Below are positions 31,017 through 34,817 of a stretch of DNA of 34,817 bases, piece after piece. The notes beneath the pieces were generated by a model. It had not been told where the DNA came from. It saw only the letters and a list, made by a program, of their open reading frames with translations, and ran no database searches. The stretch is from Asterionella formosa (Eukaryota): the NCBI GenBank assembly GCA_002256025.1, contig NKIB01009877.1, forward strand, positions 62,001-96,817. Direction: 5' to 3'. A program made the translations under genes and the position numbers. Numbering within the stretch: position 1 is the first letter of the stretch; each line of letters begins with the position of its first letter.

Positions 31017-32772
31017 TCACTTGAGGCCAAACTGTTCCAAGATGAAAGTATGTTGATTTGGTTGGTGGGTCAGATGTAACAGATAACAAGTCGTCGGCTC
31101 TGTTTGTTCTGTTGTTATCTCCTGACGTTTTAAAACTTTCCAGGACTCCATCTCCAAACGGAATTGTGCCCGGTTGCCAAGAAATTTGGTTTTGCCATTC
31201 CTTTCTAATTGCAATAGAGTTTTCAACACTTTCACAATTGTAAATGGTCCACATGACCATCCGCTATCATCTTCTGATTGAAATAATATGGAATCATGTT
31301 CAGTGGCCATATTGATCTGCAGTGCTGCTTTGGTGCCAGTATAAAAAAGATTCCGATCAACCAAATTCTTCAGGAATATGGGAATTTTGTGGAAGATATC
31401 CTGTTTCGATGCATAACAATTCCAATTCCTTGATGCATCCAGGGATGATGCAGTAATTACGGGCAAGGTGAAATACTTGATCATAATGTTCATCCACACT
31501 TGCATCTTTTCCTGGGTCACAGACTTGACATAATCCATCATTTATAGCAAAAAGATAATGCACAAAATGGTTGTTTTCCTCCTCATCTGATCTTTTGCAA
31601 TAAACAATTAGCACATAGTTACTGTCATGAAGAAGTGCATGACAATCACCTTGGTGTATATATACGGTTTGTTATAACCGTATTATGGGTTCTCATCCAG
31701 ATCAAATATAGTATAACCTTTACATCAGTTGGATGAAGTTCATGAATCATATAATGGATCATAGAGGTAATTGTTTCAAGGTCCCAATATGCAAGATCTT
31801 TAAAATCTGAAGATGATTTTTTGATACCTTTGACTCCATAAAATACAGAGGCGTAATTGCATATATCTTGTGGGGTACGTGTGTACAAATCTTTCCACAA
31901 TTTTAGTTGTCCATGTGTTTTCGGCAAACTCAAGGAAAATGCAGTTTGCTTTGGCATAATAACTCTACGTATTTCACATGCTGACTCTTCACAAAAGTAG
32001 CTGCCTTCGGGATTGTTCTCGATGATTTTGCAGAGAAATTCTTTTCTTCCATGTATGATTTGGAAAACGATTCAATTTTTTTCTTCAAACTTCGTTCCCG
32101 ACTCGCTCAGTGCATCAACTGCCTTAGCCAGCATGACATCTCTGTCTGCATTGATCTTCTTGAATTCGAGGTCTTGATCTAGTGCAGACTTTTTTTGAAT
32201 AACTTTTCTTTTAGAAATGCAATAGTTTCTCTGCTTTCATGATGTTCATCTTGATGTTCTGGACGAATAGTGAGACAAATTTCTTGGCTGTGCAACTTTT
32301 CAACCATTTCTAATGCATAAGTGATGTCGCCCACATTTCCGCTATTTTCATTCATCGAATGAACTTGATCATCAAATGAATGAAAATCACTGAGTTACTC
32401 ATCATTATCAGGGATTTCAGGAGAACGAGCAAAATAGGACACTGGATGGAACTGTGACTCTGTAGGAATAGAGTCTTCATCCGCGAAGAACAACTGTTTG
32501 GGTTTCCTCTTCAAAAGCAATCTTTCTTTCTTTTCAATCTCTGCTAGTATTGAATCGGCATACTTCATTATTTTCTGGAGTATTATGAATCTGTTCAAAT
32601 TCATCTGATCTTTGAGTGAATTTAAAAGAATGTCGATTGATTTCATAAGTTTCTTCATCTTCTTTTCCGAAAACATGAAGTCGTGTAGTGTAAACGACGG
32701 AAGTAAGTCTGGTTTCTTTTTTGACTGATCCTTTGCATGAAATCCATGAAATGTTATTTGGAAAGTTGTCAA
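31017..32772 (-). pseudogene. Disrupted gene with a probable Ulp1-like (clan CE) cysteine protease domain, likely transposon cargo
   Basis: Collinear minus-strand ORF fragments (32772-32395, 31957-31646, 31614-31357, 31541-31017). NNHFVHYLF..VCDP lies in one frame and FQSEDDSGWSCGPF in another, giving His-Asp-Gln-Cys in clan CE order. Confidence 0.5.
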
Positions 32773-33645
32773 GGGCCAAAGACTATGATGTAAAACAGTG
32801 GCAGGTAAATGCGGAGCTTTTGCGGCGCTTGTGTGGGTGCAACTGGTGTGATTGTAGCAAAGTGAAAAAATTGCTGAGCAGGAGCACAGTGTAATATGTT
32901 GCGCCAGCGACCTGAGATATAGTGTTCACAGAATGTATATAACAAAGAAAAACGACACAACAATGCATGTGATGGCTGTGTACAGTGATATGTGATATGC
33001 ATCAATCCATATCACAAATCATATTTTGGTGATGTATATATTAATGCATTTGTATACTTAGATCCTATTCATGATATAATACTATCATATCAACTATTTG
33101 CTTTTACTGTATACATTTAAAGTCGAATATAAATAATAGCATATATACTTTATGATTAATCAATCTTTCTTCTATGATGTATTGATTACACTTGTGTACA
33201 CATTTTATCGTATTTTACTATGATTGCATTATTTTAACATGATCATATTTTTATTAGGAAATATGCAAAATATATTTTAATGGTGGGCAATTTCGAACCC
33301 ATTGCAAATTTCTATGTGAAGATAGGAAATATTCGAAGTATATTTTATATGATGAGCTATAGCGAGCTAAAATTGACATATACACTCAATGAGTGGGCAG
33401 TAGGTAAGCGAATGGTGTGACAACAGCTAGTTTGTGAATTGCCTCAAGAATACTACACTTCTCGGTGGCTACATGCCTTCTCGGACACATGTGTACTTGC
33501 AGGCATGAGATCACCTCGGGCGTGTGTTGCCTTCAGCACGACTCTTTTTTGGTTGAGAGGAAGATTAATGAAACTATCAGTGATGGTGTACATTTTTTTT
33601 ACTATTTCCTTGCCGGTTATAGAACCGTTACGATGGAATATTATA

Positions 33646-33774
33646 AGATGATGTCAGAATCGGATGTTTGGTTTTGAATCAAATTTACTGCCGGTGTATA
33701 ATACCGGGTGTATAGCTCACAATTTCTGATAAGTACTTTAGGAATAAGTCGCCATTACAAACCTTCCGCATCTA
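33646..33774 (+). repeat. Internally deleted copy of the 26942-27620 element
   Basis: 33646-33692 matches 26942-26988 and 33711-33774 matches 27555-27618, each with a few substitutions. Confidence 0.85.
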
Positions 33775-33963
33775 AGCCGCGTATTACGTGAAGTGACCAT
33801 CACGTAAATAAGCCTAGTTGATTTTGAATGGATCACATGAATTAGTTGAATACATCAAAATGCTTACTTGAATATATCTATATAGTATCTGAATTCATCA
33901 CGTTCATTATTTGATCAGAGTATCATGCATGCATTCCTGATCATCACTATATTACGTGATCAC

Positions 33964-34041
33964 CTTCACATAATTATTTGAAATACTTCACATAATTATT
34001 TGAAATACTTCAATTAATTATTTGAAATACTTCAATTAATT
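33964..34041 (+). repeat. 22-bp AT-rich quasi-palindromic tandem repeat, about 3.5 copies
   Basis: cttca(ca/at)taattatttgaaata at 33964, 33986 and 34008, with a partial copy at 34030. Confidence 0.92.
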
Positions 34042-34660
34042 CTGTAATTCAGTTCACATTGCCTTAAATTTTTGTTCACGTAATTCTATAATATAGTTCA
34101 CATAATTTATTAAATTTTTTTACGTAATTTAAAAGTACTATCAAATAATGTTGATCACTAATTCAACAACCGGTATTTCACATTACATGGGAAACAAATC
34201 TCGATATGCAATCAAACAAAGCTGTTCTATCAGAATGGAATCTTCAGTCTTGAGAAGGCAGGCATTATGAGACATCTGTAAGGACATTGCAAGACAAGGA
34301 GAAGCCATTCATTCAGAAGGGGGAAATTATTCACTCTTGAATAGGCATCATTCTACGAAGTTGCAACATGAATGCATCCTCACACACTGATTTCCTTCTT
34401 GTACTTGAAATGACTTCTTCATTGACCTGCAGAGATTTTCATAGCAACAGTGTGTCAGTAATGTATATGATAGAACTAGCAACAGCAGAAAGCAACACAC
34501 AGTTCATTCCGGACCTCATTGTCCCTGCCTGTTGTCAACCACAATGCGTGAGCTGACAAGCCATACTAGCATTTAGGTACACAACAAGAACACACTCACC
34601 ATTCAACTGTATTGCAGAGTTCTTTCATTTGAGTTGAGGATTCAATTGACATTGCAGCAA

Positions 34661-34799
34661 CCTATGCAGTTACAGAAACAATGAGAAGGAATGATTTGTT
34701 AGCAAGTAGTCATGTTACATTGAAACAACGACACGCAATTCCATCGTATCCTCTTGCTTCACTTACCACAAATCAATGCAACTGATGCATAAGTCTGTA
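34661..34799 (+). repeat. About 140-bp dispersed direct repeat, copy 2
   Basis: Aligns by eye to 28816-28955 with scattered substitutions and small indels. Confidence 0.9.
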
Positions 34800-34817
34800 A
34801 TAGTAACTTGTCAGTAA

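Noticed and set aside
28100..33400. Long TIRs formed by the two ATCATA/TATGAT-rich tracts (about 28130-28560 and 32990-33360)
   Set aside because: Composition is similar, but I could not align them as inverted repeats by eye; a dot-plot is needed.

Overview
Eukaryotic nuclear DNA, very probably from a diatom. The evidence is short GT-AG introns, bipartite plastid presequences including a literal ASAFAP motif, and a diatom-type Copia remnant. Ten protein genes sit in compact islands: plastid-targeted acetolactate synthase, a NEDD1-like WD40 protein, PTPA, a ZUFSP/C78 peptidase, a coiled-coil protein with 3x99-bp repeats, homogentisate solanesyltransferase, asparagine synthetase, a 5'-nucleotidase-like/EF-hand protein, a plastid-targeted SAP-domain protein and a 149-aa hypothetical. 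The islands are separated by AT-rich, CpG-poor blocks of decayed mobile DNA (about 11.2-12.7, 14.4-17.0, 22.0-23.3 and 26.9-34.8 kb). The main unexplained signals are non-coding. (1) Arrays of the palindrome GGTACC joined by a single A or T lie upstream of 8 of the 10 genes and are absent from convergent 3' gaps. (2) Two related arrays have an exact 20-bp period, one with a fixed core and variable 12-nt spacers. (3) A block-conserved element occurs at two gene/TE borders. (4) A frameshifted Ulp1-like protease gene lies between two copies of an LTR-like sequence. All calls are by-eye motif recognition; no searches were run.
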